Of a stretch of DNA of 64,000 nt, positions 32,048 through 41,399 are shown piece after piece (the first letter of the stretch is position 1; every line of letters starts with the position of its first letter). The translations under genes were made by a program, and so were the position numbers. The stretch is taken from positions 1,184,001 to 1,248,000 of the forward strand of contig CBDFIQ010000002.1 of NCBI GenBank assembly GCA_965248195.1. Direction: 5' to 3'. Under the pieces are notes generated by a model that made no database searches, was not told where the DNA came from, and saw only the letters and a program-made list of their open reading frames with translations. This stretch comes from Longimicrobiales bacterium. GTDB taxonomy: Bacteria > Gemmatimonadota > Gemmatimonadetes > Longimicrobiales > Gaopeijiaceae.

Positions 32048-33844
32048 GTGCATACGACTCAGGGCGAGGCACCATTGACCGAACCCCCCCTCGAAATCTC
32101 CGACGCGACCCCGGCGGAGCCCGAAGACTGGACGGAGGGCGACGACCTTCCGGTGGTCGAAGTTCGGGGGCTTTTCATTGTGCTCGGCAAGGCCCTTCGG
32201 GCGTTTCAACTCTACGACGAAAACAACCCGGTTCGGAAGCGCTTCGTCACGAGCCTTCGTGAGGCCTTCGAGCAGCTGTGGCAGGAAGTGGAGGGCCTCA
32301 ACCTGGCGGTTGAGGAGGACCGGATTCTCTTGGTTGGGGAAGAAGTCTATCGGAGCTCTTCCCGCTCGGATTCCCTCGCGTTCCTGCTCTACAAGGACGG
32401 CATCTGTGACGTCACCTTTCTCCCGGGCGTCGAGGGCTCGGAGGTCGATAAGATTCTCGGGGTGTTCCAGCGCGCGAAGATGCTCAAGACCGCCGAGGCG
32501 GATGACCTTGTGACGATGCTCTGGGAGCAGGATCTCGAGTTCTTCACGTTAAGGTGCGTGGACCAGATCACAGAAGGTGCCGTACTTCCCACGACTCAGG
32601 CGGAGGAGGAGCGTGCCGCTTTGGATCAAGTCCTCCAGGGTGAGGCCCAAGACTCCCAGGCCGCGGAGGATGGTGCTGGCGGACAGGCGGACACCGCGGA
32701 GGGTAAGCCCCCGCCGCCCAAGATCGGCCAGGATTTCTCGCCGACGCTCTATGCGCTCGATCCCGATGAAAAGGAGCAGCTTCGGCAAGCGTTGGCGTCG
32801 GAGATGTCCCGAGATGTGAGGCATGACGTCCTGGCCGCCCTCTTCGACCGATTGGAAGAAGCCGGGTATCCGGACCGCAAATCGGAGATCCTGAAAATCC
32901 TTCGCGAACTCCTGCCGAATTTGTTGAGTCGTGGGGCCGTCGAGTACGCGGCAAACGTCCTGGAAGAGTTGGCCGCAGTGCGCGCTGAGCCGGGAGTCCT
33001 GGATGAAGTCCGCCAACGTGAGTGTGATGAGGTCCTGGACGACCTCTCATCTACGGAGACGCTCGAGGAGTTGGTGCGTGCTCTTCAAGATGGGACGATC
33101 GACGTTCCCGTCGACGAATTGGGCCGGCTTCTGAAGTTCCTCCGAGCCGGCGCCCTGCCCGTGCTTCTAGGAGCGGCCGAGCAGGAGGAAATTCCCGGTT
33201 TGAAGGACACACTTCGCGGTGCGGTGCACGGTATCGCCAGCGAGAACCCAGAGGCGGTCCTCGCCCTTCTGGACCACGCGGATCCCGTCGTGACCTCGGG
33301 AGCGGTGCGCCTGATCGGGAGGATGGGTATGGCCGAGGCAGCCCCTTCGCTCGTAGGCCTGATTTCGCATCCGAATACCGACGTCCGGCTCGCCCTCGTC
33401 GAGACGGCGGAGCTGCTCCGGGACGTCACCACCACGGATACGCTCATCGACGCGCTCTCCGACGCCGAACCCGATGTCCGCGTAGCCGCGGCGCGAGCGC
33501 TGGCGACTCTCAGGGTCGAGACGGCAGCGCCGGCGTTGGAGGCGTTGGTGACCGGCAAGAAAATTCGCCAGGCCGATCTCACCGAGAAGATCGCGATTTT
33601 CGAAAGCTACGCGTTGCTCGGCGGAGCCGGCGCCGCTGAGGTTCTGAATGAGCTCCTCAACAAGAAGAATTTTCTCGGACGGCGTGAGCCGTCTCAGATC
33701 CGCGCGTCCGCAGCCCGGGCCTTGGGCAGGGCCGGGCTTCCCGGTGCTCAAGAGACCCTCCGGGCCGCGCACGATGATGCGGATGCCGTCGTCCGCACCG
33801 CGGTGCGTCAGGCCCTCGAGGGAGTCGAGGAGGCGACCGAGTGA
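32048..33844 (+). CDS. HEAT/PBS-like repeat protein with uncharacterised N-terminal domain
   Basis: C-terminal repeats such as DPVVTSGAVRLIG, NTDVRLALV, EPDVRVAAARALA, DAVVRTAV; GTGA coupling to next gene. Confidence 0.82.
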   Translation: MHTTQGEAPLTEPPLEISDATPAEPEDWTEGDDLPVVEVRGLFIVLGKALRAFQLYDENNPVRKRFVTSLREAFEQLWQEVEGLNLAVEEDRILLVGEEVYRSSSRSDSLAFLLYKDGICDVTFLPGVEGSEVDKILGVFQRAKMLKTAEADDLVTMLWEQDLEFFTLRCVDQITEGAVLPTTQAEEERAALDQVLQGEAQDSQAAEDGAGGQADTAEGKPPPPKIGQDFSPTLYALDPDEKEQLRQALASEMSRDVRHDVLAALFDRLEEAGYPDRKSEILKILRELLPNLLSRGAVEYAANVLEELAAVRAEPGVLDEVRQRECDEVLDDLSSTETLEELVRALQDGTIDVPVDELGRLLKFLRAGALPVLLGAAEQEEIPGLKDTLRGAVHGIASENPEAVLALLDHADPVVTSGAVRLIGRMGMAEAAPSLVGLISHPNTDVRLALVETAELLRDVTTTDTLIDALSDAEPDVRVAAARALATLRVETAAPALEALVTGKKIRQADLTEKIAIFESYALLGGAGAAEVLNELLNKKNFLGRREPSQIRASAARALGRAGLPGAQETLRAAHDDADAVVRTAVRQALEGVEEATE

Positions 33845-35247
33845 GTTCGCTCCACGACACGGTCAACATTCAGGAAATGGGCGGAAAGCTGCTCACCGCG
33901 ATCTATGTCGTGCTGCGGTCGATGCGCCTTTATCCGCTCGAGAACGTGCAGGTCCAGCAGGCGATAGACGACCTGCACGCACAGATGGTCACCTTCCTGG
34001 ACAGTGAAGGGGCGTTCGAGCTCAATATCTCCGGTGACTTTTTTTTCCTCAACGAGGCCCGGCTGCGGCTTGACCTATCCAACTTCTCGACCTTCGGAAA
34101 CCTGGCGTCCGTGCTGACGGGTCATGGCATCGGGGAGGTCGTCGTGGTGCCGGGCGTGGACCGTGAGGAATGGGGCCCCTTCCTCGCTCTTTTCTTGGCG
34201 AATCCGGAGGACGATCCCTTCTCGGCCTTCATTGACTTGTTGAGCCAGACGCCGGCGGAGCATATCGAGGTCCGGCCTCCGGCAGAGTCTCAGGAACCCG
34301 AAATGGTCGAGCGGGATGCGCTCGTTGAAGCCAAGGGAACGTACGCCCAGTCCGTTAAGGTGGCGAAGGACGTGCTCACCGGCGTACGCCTAGGGAAGGC
34401 GGTGAATGTCCGTAAGGTGAAGCGCGCCGTTCAGGGCATCGTCGACCAAGTCCTCGACAATGAGTCGTCGATGGTGACCATGACGACGCTTCGCGGATTC
34501 GACGAATACACGTTCACACACTCGGTGAACGTCTGCATCTTCAGCGTCGTCATCGGACAACGGCTCGGGTTCACGAAATTGCAGCTGTACGACCTGGGTC
34601 TCGGTGCGCTACTCCATGATATCGGCAAGATGCGGGTGGACACCGAGGTCATAAACAAGACCGGCGGACTGACGGAGGAGGAGTGGACCCAGCTCAAGGA
34701 TCATCCCACAGAGGGGCTGCTCCTCCTGTTCGAGATGCGTGGCTTTACCGATGTGCCGTTCCGCCAAATGCTCATGGCCTACGAGCACCATATGAAGATC
34801 GATCTTTCGGGGTATCCTCAGAACGAACGCACCCGGGAGCTCGGGCTGTTCTCACGGATCGCCGCGGTGGCGGACGGCTTCGACGCGGGGACTTCAGTGC
34901 GGAGTTATCAGTACGAGCCTTGGCCTCCGGATGAGGTGCTCAAGGAAATGAGGGACAACCCCCGGCGTGGATTCGATCAACTGATCGTGAAGGCCCTTAT
35001 CACGTCGACCGGTGTGTACCCGGTCGGCACGTTGGTGATTCTGGACACGCATGAGTTGGCTGTCGTATCCAAGACTCATTCGGAGATCGAGCACCTCCAC
35101 CGTCCCATGGTAAAGGTGATCTCTGATCCCAAGGGTGGGCCGTTGAAAACGCCCGTCACGCTAGACCTTTCTCTCGGCGAGCGAACCATCGTGAGGACGA
35201 CGGACGCACAAAAATATGGCATCCGCGTCAGCGACTACCTCATCTGA
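33841..35247 (+). CDS. HD-GYP domain protein (putative cyclic dinucleotide phosphodiesterase, atypical motif)
   Basis: HSVNV, LLHDIGK, HP, HHMKIDLSGYP, SRIAAVADGFDA, C-terminal GVYPVGTLV domain. Confidence 0.88.
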   Translation: MSSLHDTVNIQEMGGKLLTAIYVVLRSMRLYPLENVQVQQAIDDLHAQMVTFLDSEGAFELNISGDFFFLNEARLRLDLSNFSTFGNLASVLTGHGIGEVVVVPGVDREEWGPFLALFLANPEDDPFSAFIDLLSQTPAEHIEVRPPAESQEPEMVERDALVEAKGTYAQSVKVAKDVLTGVRLGKAVNVRKVKRAVQGIVDQVLDNESSMVTMTTLRGFDEYTFTHSVNVCIFSVVIGQRLGFTKLQLYDLGLGALLHDIGKMRVDTEVINKTGGLTEEEWTQLKDHPTEGLLLLFEMRGFTDVPFRQMLMAYEHHMKIDLSGYPQNERTRELGLFSRIAAVADGFDAGTSVRSYQYEPWPPDEVLKEMRDNPRRGFDQLIVKALITSTGVYPVGTLVILDTHELAVVSKTHSEIEHLHRPMVKVISDPKGGPLKTPVTLDLSLGERTIVRTTDAQKYGIRVSDYLI

Positions 35248-35277
35248 GTTCCATCCTCTGCACCCGTTTCGAGTCCT

Positions 35278-36084
35278 ATGCCGAGTATCTCTGAGAAGTT
35301 TGCCGAGTGCCGGAACGAGGGGCGGGCCGCCCTGGTTCCGTACGTGACTTCCGGATTTCCGTCCCGTTCCGCAACGGTAGACGTGTTGGCGGGCCTAGCG
35401 GAGGCGGGGGGCGACGTGCTGGAGCTCGGGATCCCGTTCAGTGACCCCCTCGCGGATGGCCCGACCATCCAGGAGTCCACGTTCCGGGCCCTCGAGGGGG
35501 GTATGACGGTCGAGGGCACCCTCGAGGTGCTTGCGGAGTTCAGGCGCGGGTCGGACACCCCGATCGTTCTCTTCAGCTACCTGAATCCAGTCCTCCGGTA
35601 CGGCGTCGAGGCGTTTCTCGCAGATGCGGAACAGGCAGGGGCGCAAGGGTTGCTTCTCACCGATGTTCCTACCGGTGCCGACCCGCAGGTCGAGGACGCC
35701 ATCCTCGCTTCTGCCCTGGACCTGATCCGCCTGATCGCTCCAACGACCCTACCGGAGCGTGCTTCGGCGATCGGAGAGACCGGACAGGGATTCCTCTATT
35801 ACATCTCCAGGACGGGAGTGACGGGGGCTCGTGAAGCCTTGGCCGAAGATTTAGAGGAAGAGGTGAGTGCTCTCCGCAAAGTCGTCGAGCTTCCGGTGGC
35901 GGTGGGTTTCGGGATCTCAACGCCCGAACAGGCGGCGTTGATTAGTGATGTCGCCGACGGCGTGGTCGTGGGCAGCGCGCTGATCCAGGCCTTGGACGAG
36001 GGCGGTCCGGAGGGTGCGGGGGCGTTCCTCGCCACCTTGCGGGCCGCCATGGACCAGGTGTCGACGGAGCGGGAGCTGCCCTAG
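35278..36084 (+). CDS. trpA: Tryptophan synthase alpha chain
   Basis: ELGIPFSDPLADGPTIQ, YLNP, LIAPTT, GFLYYISRTGVTG, VGFGIS, DGVVVGSA. Confidence 0.96.
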   Translation: MPSISEKFAECRNEGRAALVPYVTSGFPSRSATVDVLAGLAEAGGDVLELGIPFSDPLADGPTIQESTFRALEGGMTVEGTLEVLAEFRRGSDTPIVLFSYLNPVLRYGVEAFLADAEQAGAQGLLLTDVPTGADPQVEDAILASALDLIRLIAPTTLPERASAIGETGQGFLYYISRTGVTGAREALAEDLEEEVSALRKVVELPVAVGFGISTPEQAALISDVADGVVVGSALIQALDEGGPEGAGAFLATLRAAMDQVSTERELP

Positions 36085-37763
36085 AGGGGTGTCTTGCGGC
36101 TCTTGAGCCGATCCAGAAGCGAGGGATCGGGTGCGACGAAGAGCGTCTTTGCACGATCCAGCTGGACACTGCCCGGAGGAGCCTTTCTGGGCTTACGCAC
36201 GTACTTCCTTCTCGTCCAATCGACCGGCACACTTCCGGAGGTTCGTGCCTTGGAGTGCAGAGCGGCGAGATTCGCTGCCTGCTCCAGATCCCGAGCCGGC
36301 GGCGTCTCTCCCGCGTTCCACCGGAGTACGACGTGTGCACCTGCCGAATGTCTCGCATGAAGCCAAATGTCGTTGGGTGCAGAGTGCTTGAACGTCAGTT
36401 GATCGTTGGCTTTGGATCCGCGTCCGACCCGCACTTCCAACCCCCCGGACGTCCAATAACGCTGGTAGGGAAGGGTGGGTTCGGGGGCGCTCGCTGTTCC
36501 TCGACCACCGGTTTCGGACTCGGAAAGCACCTTGCGGATCGCGTCCGTGGAGGCGTCGCCTGCTCGAACCCGGTCCAGAAGCCCGCTCAGTTCGACGACG
36601 TGGGACTCTGCCTCCTGGATCAAAGCCGGTAATCTCGCCCGCGCCCGCTCGGCCCGCCCCCCACGGTCGTAGAAGCGCTCGGCATTCCCCTGTGGAGAGA
36701 GCGCGGGATCGAGAACGATCGTCTCTGAGGTGCCCTCGAAGTCAGGAAGGGTCACCTCAGCGGCTCCTTTTCTCACGAGGTGTAGGTGCGCGAGAATCAT
36801 GTCTCCCTGGATGCGGAGTGCTTGTGGGTCTGGGGTGGCTCCGAGTTCTCGGTTGAGCTTGTTCCGTTTCTTGCGAACCGCGCGGAGGGCGTCCTCCAGG
36901 GCGTTCGTCCATCGGGAGGGGGTCAGTATCGCGGCGGCGCCCGCCGCGGCCCGTCGGACCCCCTCGACGGCTTCAAGGAGCGTTTCCGAGGTCCGGCGAC
37001 CGTACCCTGGCAACTCGACTGGATAGGGTTGGTCTCCCCACTCGCATTCGAGGATGTACGCCGGTCCCGGGGACCGGCCGGTGTCTGCGCCGAGACCGCT
37101 CGCTCTCAGGTTCAGCCAGCGCTCGTAGCCGGTCTCTAGCGACGCGCTCCCGCTCGGTCCGTCCGTGCCGCCCAGGAGTGCGGGGGCGTTGACGGGGGAC
37201 GTGAACGCGACCTCGTGAAGCAGCCGGCGCCCTCTCGCTTTCAGCGTCTCCTCGGGTTCGAGGATCTCGAGCCAATCCTGAAGGCTCAGAGGCGTTTCCA
37301 CGCCGCGCCTTTCCGAGAGCGGCTTTGGGTAGGGACTTCCAATCCGGGGCGCCCGCGTCCCCGAGCGTGGCACCAGAATATGCCTGACCGTCCACTCCTC
37401 TCCCTCGACCACGGTAGCATTGCTCCGGCCGGGTACGAATTCGACGACGATCCGGATTGTGCCTCCCCGTCCACGGATCCGCGTCAACACGAAGACGAGG
37501 ACCCTCTCGTCCGGTATGTGCTCGACCGCTGCCAGTGTACACGGGAAAGTGCGGCTCCCGTCCGGAGGCTCGGACTTGTCGAGTACCTCCACGCCGAGGC
37601 TGGAAGGCGCTAGATCGATAAACACGGTCACGTCGCGAAAGTAGGTGTGGAGAGTCCCGGCGCCGTGATCCAGAAAGATCCCCTTGAGGCGCGCTCCCGA
37701 CAGGGCGTCGCTCAGTTCGGCGGCTATCGCGGCGGTCAAAATCGGATCCCATCGCATCGTCAT
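36081..37763 (-). CDS. rqcH: NFACT/FbpA family protein (RqcH-like ribosome quality control factor)
   Basis: DERVL N-terminal motif, coiled coil with LSPQGNAERFY, NFACT-R domain VGRGSKANDQLT...DIWLHARHSAGAHVV, KPRKAPPG. Confidence 0.82.
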   Translation of the reverse strand: MTMRWDPILTAAIAAELSDALSGARLKGIFLDHGAGTLHTYFRDVTVFIDLAPSSLGVEVLDKSEPPDGSRTFPCTLAAVEHIPDERVLVFVLTRIRGRGGTIRIVVEFVPGRSNATVVEGEEWTVRHILVPRSGTRAPRIGSPYPKPLSERRGVETPLSLQDWLEILEPEETLKARGRRLLHEVAFTSPVNAPALLGGTDGPSGSASLETGYERWLNLRASGLGADTGRSPGPAYILECEWGDQPYPVELPGYGRRTSETLLEAVEGVRRAAAGAAAILTPSRWTNALEDALRAVRKKRNKLNRELGATPDPQALRIQGDMILAHLHLVRKGAAEVTLPDFEGTSETIVLDPALSPQGNAERFYDRGGRAERARARLPALIQEAESHVVELSGLLDRVRAGDASTDAIRKVLSESETGGRGTASAPEPTLPYQRYWTSGGLEVRVGRGSKANDQLTFKHSAPNDIWLHARHSAGAHVVLRWNAGETPPARDLEQAANLAALHSKARTSGSVPVDWTRRKYVRKPRKAPPGSVQLDRAKTLFVAPDPSLLDRLKSRKTPL

Positions 37764-37885
37764 CGACCGAAGATAGCGGAGAAGCGAGGGCACGCCTGGC
37801 CGTTTGGTGGGGCCACGGCTAGCTTGGCGCCGTCAGCCTGCGAATGACAAGACTTCGAGCGATGCCCGAACGCACAACCCAGCGT

Positions 37886-38188
37886 GAAGGCTATTGAAGG
37901 AGTACAGCGGGTCGCGCACAGGGCGCTTGTGCGCGTTCAGACAAGGAACGACGACGAGGCGTAGCAACGCTACTCCGAGGAGGAGAGACGCAGGATCAAC
38001 CGCACAACCGCCCTGTGCCCTCCACCATTTATGGCATAAGCTTACACGCTGATGGGTTGCGGTGGCACGGCCCCATCTCCGTTGTTGGAGTTCCTAGCCA
38101 TAGCTACGGCTATGGCGTCGTCGCTCCGCCTAGGAGCTAGGACCGTGGCATCCGCAACGCGGCCCACTGTACTCCTTCAATAGCCTTC
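37886..38188. mobile_element. MITE-like non-autonomous element with ~31-bp terminal inverted repeats and two internal structured modules
   Basis: Left GAAGGCTATTGAAGGAGTACAGCGGGTCGCG vs right CGCGGCCCACTGTACTCCTTCAATAGCCTTC (2 mismatches); no transposase; partial copies elsewhere in window. Confidence 0.82.
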
Positions 38189-38228
38189 TAATGAGCGAGA
38201 CCACACCGATGCCTGCTGGCAGGTGGGC

Positions 38229-38834
38229 ATGAGCGAACTCCATCCCTGGGTCGCGGCGGCGGCTACGGGTGTGCTTCCTGATTGGGCCGTCGCACGGAAA
38301 AAACGCCGGGCGCACATGGCGCGGGTGGCGGAGCTGCTGCGGGAGTGGGGCGAGGTCCGGTGTGATCACCCGCGGGACGTCGAGCGTTGGACCGCAGTGG
38401 GTTATCTTCATGACGTCTTGCGCGACGCGGATCCGGATGACCTCCGTGCCGGGCTATCGAGGCCCCTGGACCAGCTGCCGGACGAAGTTGTCCACGGTCC
38501 GGCCGCGGCGGATCGGCTCCGCCGGGGCGGCGTCACGGACGAACCTTTTCTTACCGCAATCGCGTGCCACACGCTGGGAAGTCCAGACTTCAATGACATC
38601 GGAAAAGCACTTTATGTGGCGGATTTCCTCGAGCCTGGGCGTAAGCTTCAGCCCAAGTGGAGGGCTCGGCTGCGCAATGAAATGCCCGAGGGCCTCGATG
38701 CTGTGGCCAAGGCCGTGGTAGGGAAACGGATTCAGTTTCTGATCAAGAAAGGGCGTCCCGTGCCGCCGGAGACGCTCGGACTGTGGAACGTTCTGGCGAA
38801 GGGGAGGCTATGGGCGAGCGCCTCCGAGGTCTAA
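38229..38834 (+). CDS. HD-domain phosphohydrolase, YqeK (Ap4A hydrolase)-like
   Basis: RAHMARV, YLHD, HGPAAA, HTLG, LYVADFLEPGR. Confidence 0.75.
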   Translation: MSELHPWVAAAATGVLPDWAVARKKRRAHMARVAELLREWGEVRCDHPRDVERWTAVGYLHDVLRDADPDDLRAGLSRPLDQLPDEVVHGPAAADRLRRGGVTDEPFLTAIACHTLGSPDFNDIGKALYVADFLEPGRKLQPKWRARLRNEMPEGLDAVAKAVVGKRIQFLIKKGRPVPPETLGLWNVLAKGRLWASASEV

Positions 38835-39298
38835 TCGTCCCCGGTGTCGTATTGGCCGTGGGAATCTTCATCGGATCGGCCGTGTCGCAGTGGAACCCTT
38901 TGCCCCAGCAGGAGATCGTCGCGCCGCCGCCCCGGAATTCCACTGCCGCGGGGTTGGGTCGTGTGCGTGTGGAGGTACTCAACGCGGGGGGGGAGGAGGA
39001 CATGGCTCGCCGCGCTACCGACCACCTTCGGGACCGAGGTTTCGACGTCGTCTACTTCGGAAATGCCGAGACCTTCGGGCAGGACTCCACTCTGGTACTC
39101 GACCGGGCGGGAAGGCCGAGAGCGGCGGCGGCGGTCGGGCAAGCGCTCGGTACGCACTGGATCGAGAGCCGGCCCGATGCGAACCTTTACCTCGATGTCA
39201 CCGTACTGCTGGGTAGTGGATGGGTTCCCCAAGTGAACGGGGACGACGGTGAAGCGGGTGGGGTTCCTTGGTGGGACGTGCGCAGGTTCCTACGATAA
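38810..39298 (+). CDS. Membrane-anchored LytR C-terminal domain protein
   Basis: N-terminal TM, VRVEVLNAGG, GFDVVYFGNA, DVTVLLG. Confidence 0.82.
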   Translation: MGERLRGLIVPGVVLAVGIFIGSAVSQWNPLPQQEIVAPPPRNSTAAGLGRVRVEVLNAGGEEDMARRATDHLRDRGFDVVYFGNAETFGQDSTLVLDRAGRPRAAAAVGQALGTHWIESRPDANLYLDVTVLLGSGWVPQVNGDDGEAGGVPWWDVRRFLR

Positions 39299-39305
39299 AT
39301 CGACT

Positions 39306-40094
39306 ATGGCCAAAAAAAATCGACGACATAGCGGTGGCTTGAGTGAGGCCGGTGGAGGTGGCCCTGCAGAAGGGAATCCCCCGGACGCGAAGTCAAAGGA
39401 GAAGACCAAGGCACCCGAGGGTGCGGTCATGGAATGGGCCAAGTCGCTCCTTGTGGCCGCGGTCCTCTTCGTGGTGATTCGCACTTTCGTTCTGCAGACC
39501 TTCGTGATCACGTCAGGGTCCATGGAGGAGGCTCTTCTGATCGGGGATTTCCTGATCGCGAATCGGGCGGCCGTGGGTGTCCGAATTCCCGGTACACGTG
39601 TTCGGCTCCCCGGGTACTCCTCAGTGCGACGTGGGGACGTCCTGGTTTTCGATCCACCGCATGAGCCCGACCTCAAGCTGGTCAAGCGCCTCATCGGCGT
39701 TCCGGGAGATACCGTCTCCATGAAGGACGGCGTGCTTACGATCGACGGGAAAATCCAGGGCGAGCCGTACGTCAAACATGTGGATCCCGTGGGCGACGAC
39801 CCGCACCCGTGGATGGCGTGGCAGACGGAGCATCTGGTCGCTGCGGTACCGAGAGCGACCTACCAGCCAACACGGGACAACTGGGGTCCTCTCGTGATCC
39901 CGGAGGACCGGTACTTCATGCTGGGAGACAACCGAGACACGAGCCTCGATTCCCGGTACTGGGGATTGCTCGAGGGTTGGCGGCTCGAGGGGCGGGCCTC
40001 GGTGATTTACTTCTCTTATAACAAAGGCTCATTCAGGCCGTTTCCCTGGCTTCGTGAGATCCGTCTCGGTCGGGTCTTTTCCCGCATACGCTGA
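39306..40094 (+). CDS. lepB: Signal peptidase I
   Basis: SGSME, GDFL, RGDVLVF, VKRLIGVPGD, YFMLGDNRDTSLDSRYWG. Confidence 0.95.
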   Translation: MAKKNRRHSGGLSEAGGGGPAEGNPPDAKSKEKTKAPEGAVMEWAKSLLVAAVLFVVIRTFVLQTFVITSGSMEEALLIGDFLIANRAAVGVRIPGTRVRLPGYSSVRRGDVLVFDPPHEPDLKLVKRLIGVPGDTVSMKDGVLTIDGKIQGEPYVKHVDPVGDDPHPWMAWQTEHLVAAVPRATYQPTRDNWGPLVIPEDRYFMLGDNRDTSLDSRYWGLLEGWRLEGRASVIYFSYNKGSFRPFPWLREIRLGRVFSRIR

Positions 40095-41192
40095 GGCAGC
40101 CTCAGTGCGCCCGCCGGCGTCCGGCATTCGCCGGGAATCAGCCTCCCTCCTGTTCGCCCGAAGCTGGCCGCACGCCGCTTCGATGTCCCGTCCGCGTGGA
40201 ACCCGAACGGCCACGGATACACCTCGGGCTTCGAGTACCGAGCGAAACTCCTCGATGCGTTCTCCCCGGCTCGCCCTCCAGTCTTGGTAGGGAATGGGAT
40301 TGTAGGGGATCAGGTTCACGAAGGCATCGACCGACGAGGCGAGGTCCGCCAGGCCCGAAGCCAAACGCGAGTCGTCGTTGATACCCCGTATCATCGTGTA
40401 CTCGAACGTGATCCTCCGTCCGCCGGCTCGGTCGAACCGAACCAGGGCCGCCATGAGTTCCTCGAGTGAGTGTCGCTTCTCTAGGGGAATCAGTTGGCTC
40501 CGAAGCTCGGGCTCGGGCGCGTGGAGGGAAACGGCCAGTCGAAACTGCTCTGGTCGCTCAGCCAATTCGAGGATGCCTGGAACCACGCCGACCGTCGACA
40601 CTGTGATCCGCCGGGCGCCGACGCCGTAACCCCGGTTGAGAATGGTCAGGGACGGGTGAAGCGCCGTTCGATTACTCAGGGGCTCCCCCATTCCCATATA
40701 TACGATGTTGGAAATCCGCCCGTAGCCGTGGTCGAGGGCCCACCTCCGGGAGGCCCGGTATTGGGACACGATCTCGCCGGCGGTGAGTTGGCGCTGAAAT
40801 CCGGCCCAACCGGTTGCGCAGAATGTGCATCCCATCGCGCAACCAGCCTGAGACGAAAGGCAGAGGGTCAAACGGTCGGTCGTGGGGATCAGGACGGATT
40901 CCACGAGTTCTCCGTCCGGGAGCCGCCAGAGGTGCTTGACGGTCCCGTCCGAGGAGCGGGATACGGTATCGGGGGTAGGCTCCAAAAGGGAGAATGCGGC
41001 GTCGAGTGCCTCGCGCTCGGCTACGGGAAGATTGGTCATCCCGGCGATCGTGGGGACACATTCTTCGAAGACCCACTTCTGGACCTGCTGTACTCGGTAA
41101 GAGGGTTGGCCCCGGGCCGTGAAATGCTCAGCCAAAGCGGTCTCGGCCTCGTCGGGCGGAAGGCTGAGGAGATCCCTTTTCGCGTTGAGCAT
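40029..41192 (-). CDS. rlmN: Dual-specificity RNA methyltransferase RlmN
   Basis: CLSSQAGCAMGCTFCATG, MGMGEP, LAVSLHA, VNLIPYN, DIEAACGQL. Confidence 0.96.
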   Translation of the reverse strand: MLNAKRDLLSLPPDEAETALAEHFTARGQPSYRVQQVQKWVFEECVPTIAGMTNLPVAEREALDAAFSLLEPTPDTVSRSSDGTVKHLWRLPDGELVESVLIPTTDRLTLCLSSQAGCAMGCTFCATGWAGFQRQLTAGEIVSQYRASRRWALDHGYGRISNIVYMGMGEPLSNRTALHPSLTILNRGYGVGARRITVSTVGVVPGILELAERPEQFRLAVSLHAPEPELRSQLIPLEKRHSLEELMAALVRFDRAGGRRITFEYTMIRGINDDSRLASGLADLASSVDAFVNLIPYNPIPYQDWRASRGERIEEFRSVLEARGVSVAVRVPRGRDIEAACGQLRANRREADSRRMPDAGGRTEAASAYAGKDPTETDLTKPGKRPE

Positions 41193-41330
41193 GGATGGTG
41201 TCCTTCGGGCCGGAGCCGCCCGATTGGTTGGGAGTCACCGTGGGCGGTAGACCGGTAAGATAACGCCATACGGTGAAGCGTACGACGATTTCTTGTATCG
41301 CCCAGATGCCAAGGTTAAACTTGAAGCGTT

Positions 41331-41359
41331 CCCGCTGTACTTCTTCAACAGCCTCCTAG
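41331..41359. repeat. Isolated terminal arm of the repeat element
   Basis: CCCGCTGTACTTCTTCAACAGCCTCCTAG resembles the right terminal repeat CCCACTGTACTCCTTCAATAGCCTTCTA. Confidence 0.75.
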
Positions 41360-41399
41360 AGGAGGGCCGGATACTGTATCCGCTGTCGAACATTCAGTG

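Noticed and set aside
38986..38993. G8 tracts in coding regions (also 26778-26785) as phase-variation sites
   Set aside because: In frame, short and expected in GC-rich genes
40029..40094. 66-bp convergent overlap of lepB and rlmN
   Set aside because: Non-conserved RlmN tail after the final conserved motif; probably stop-codon drift
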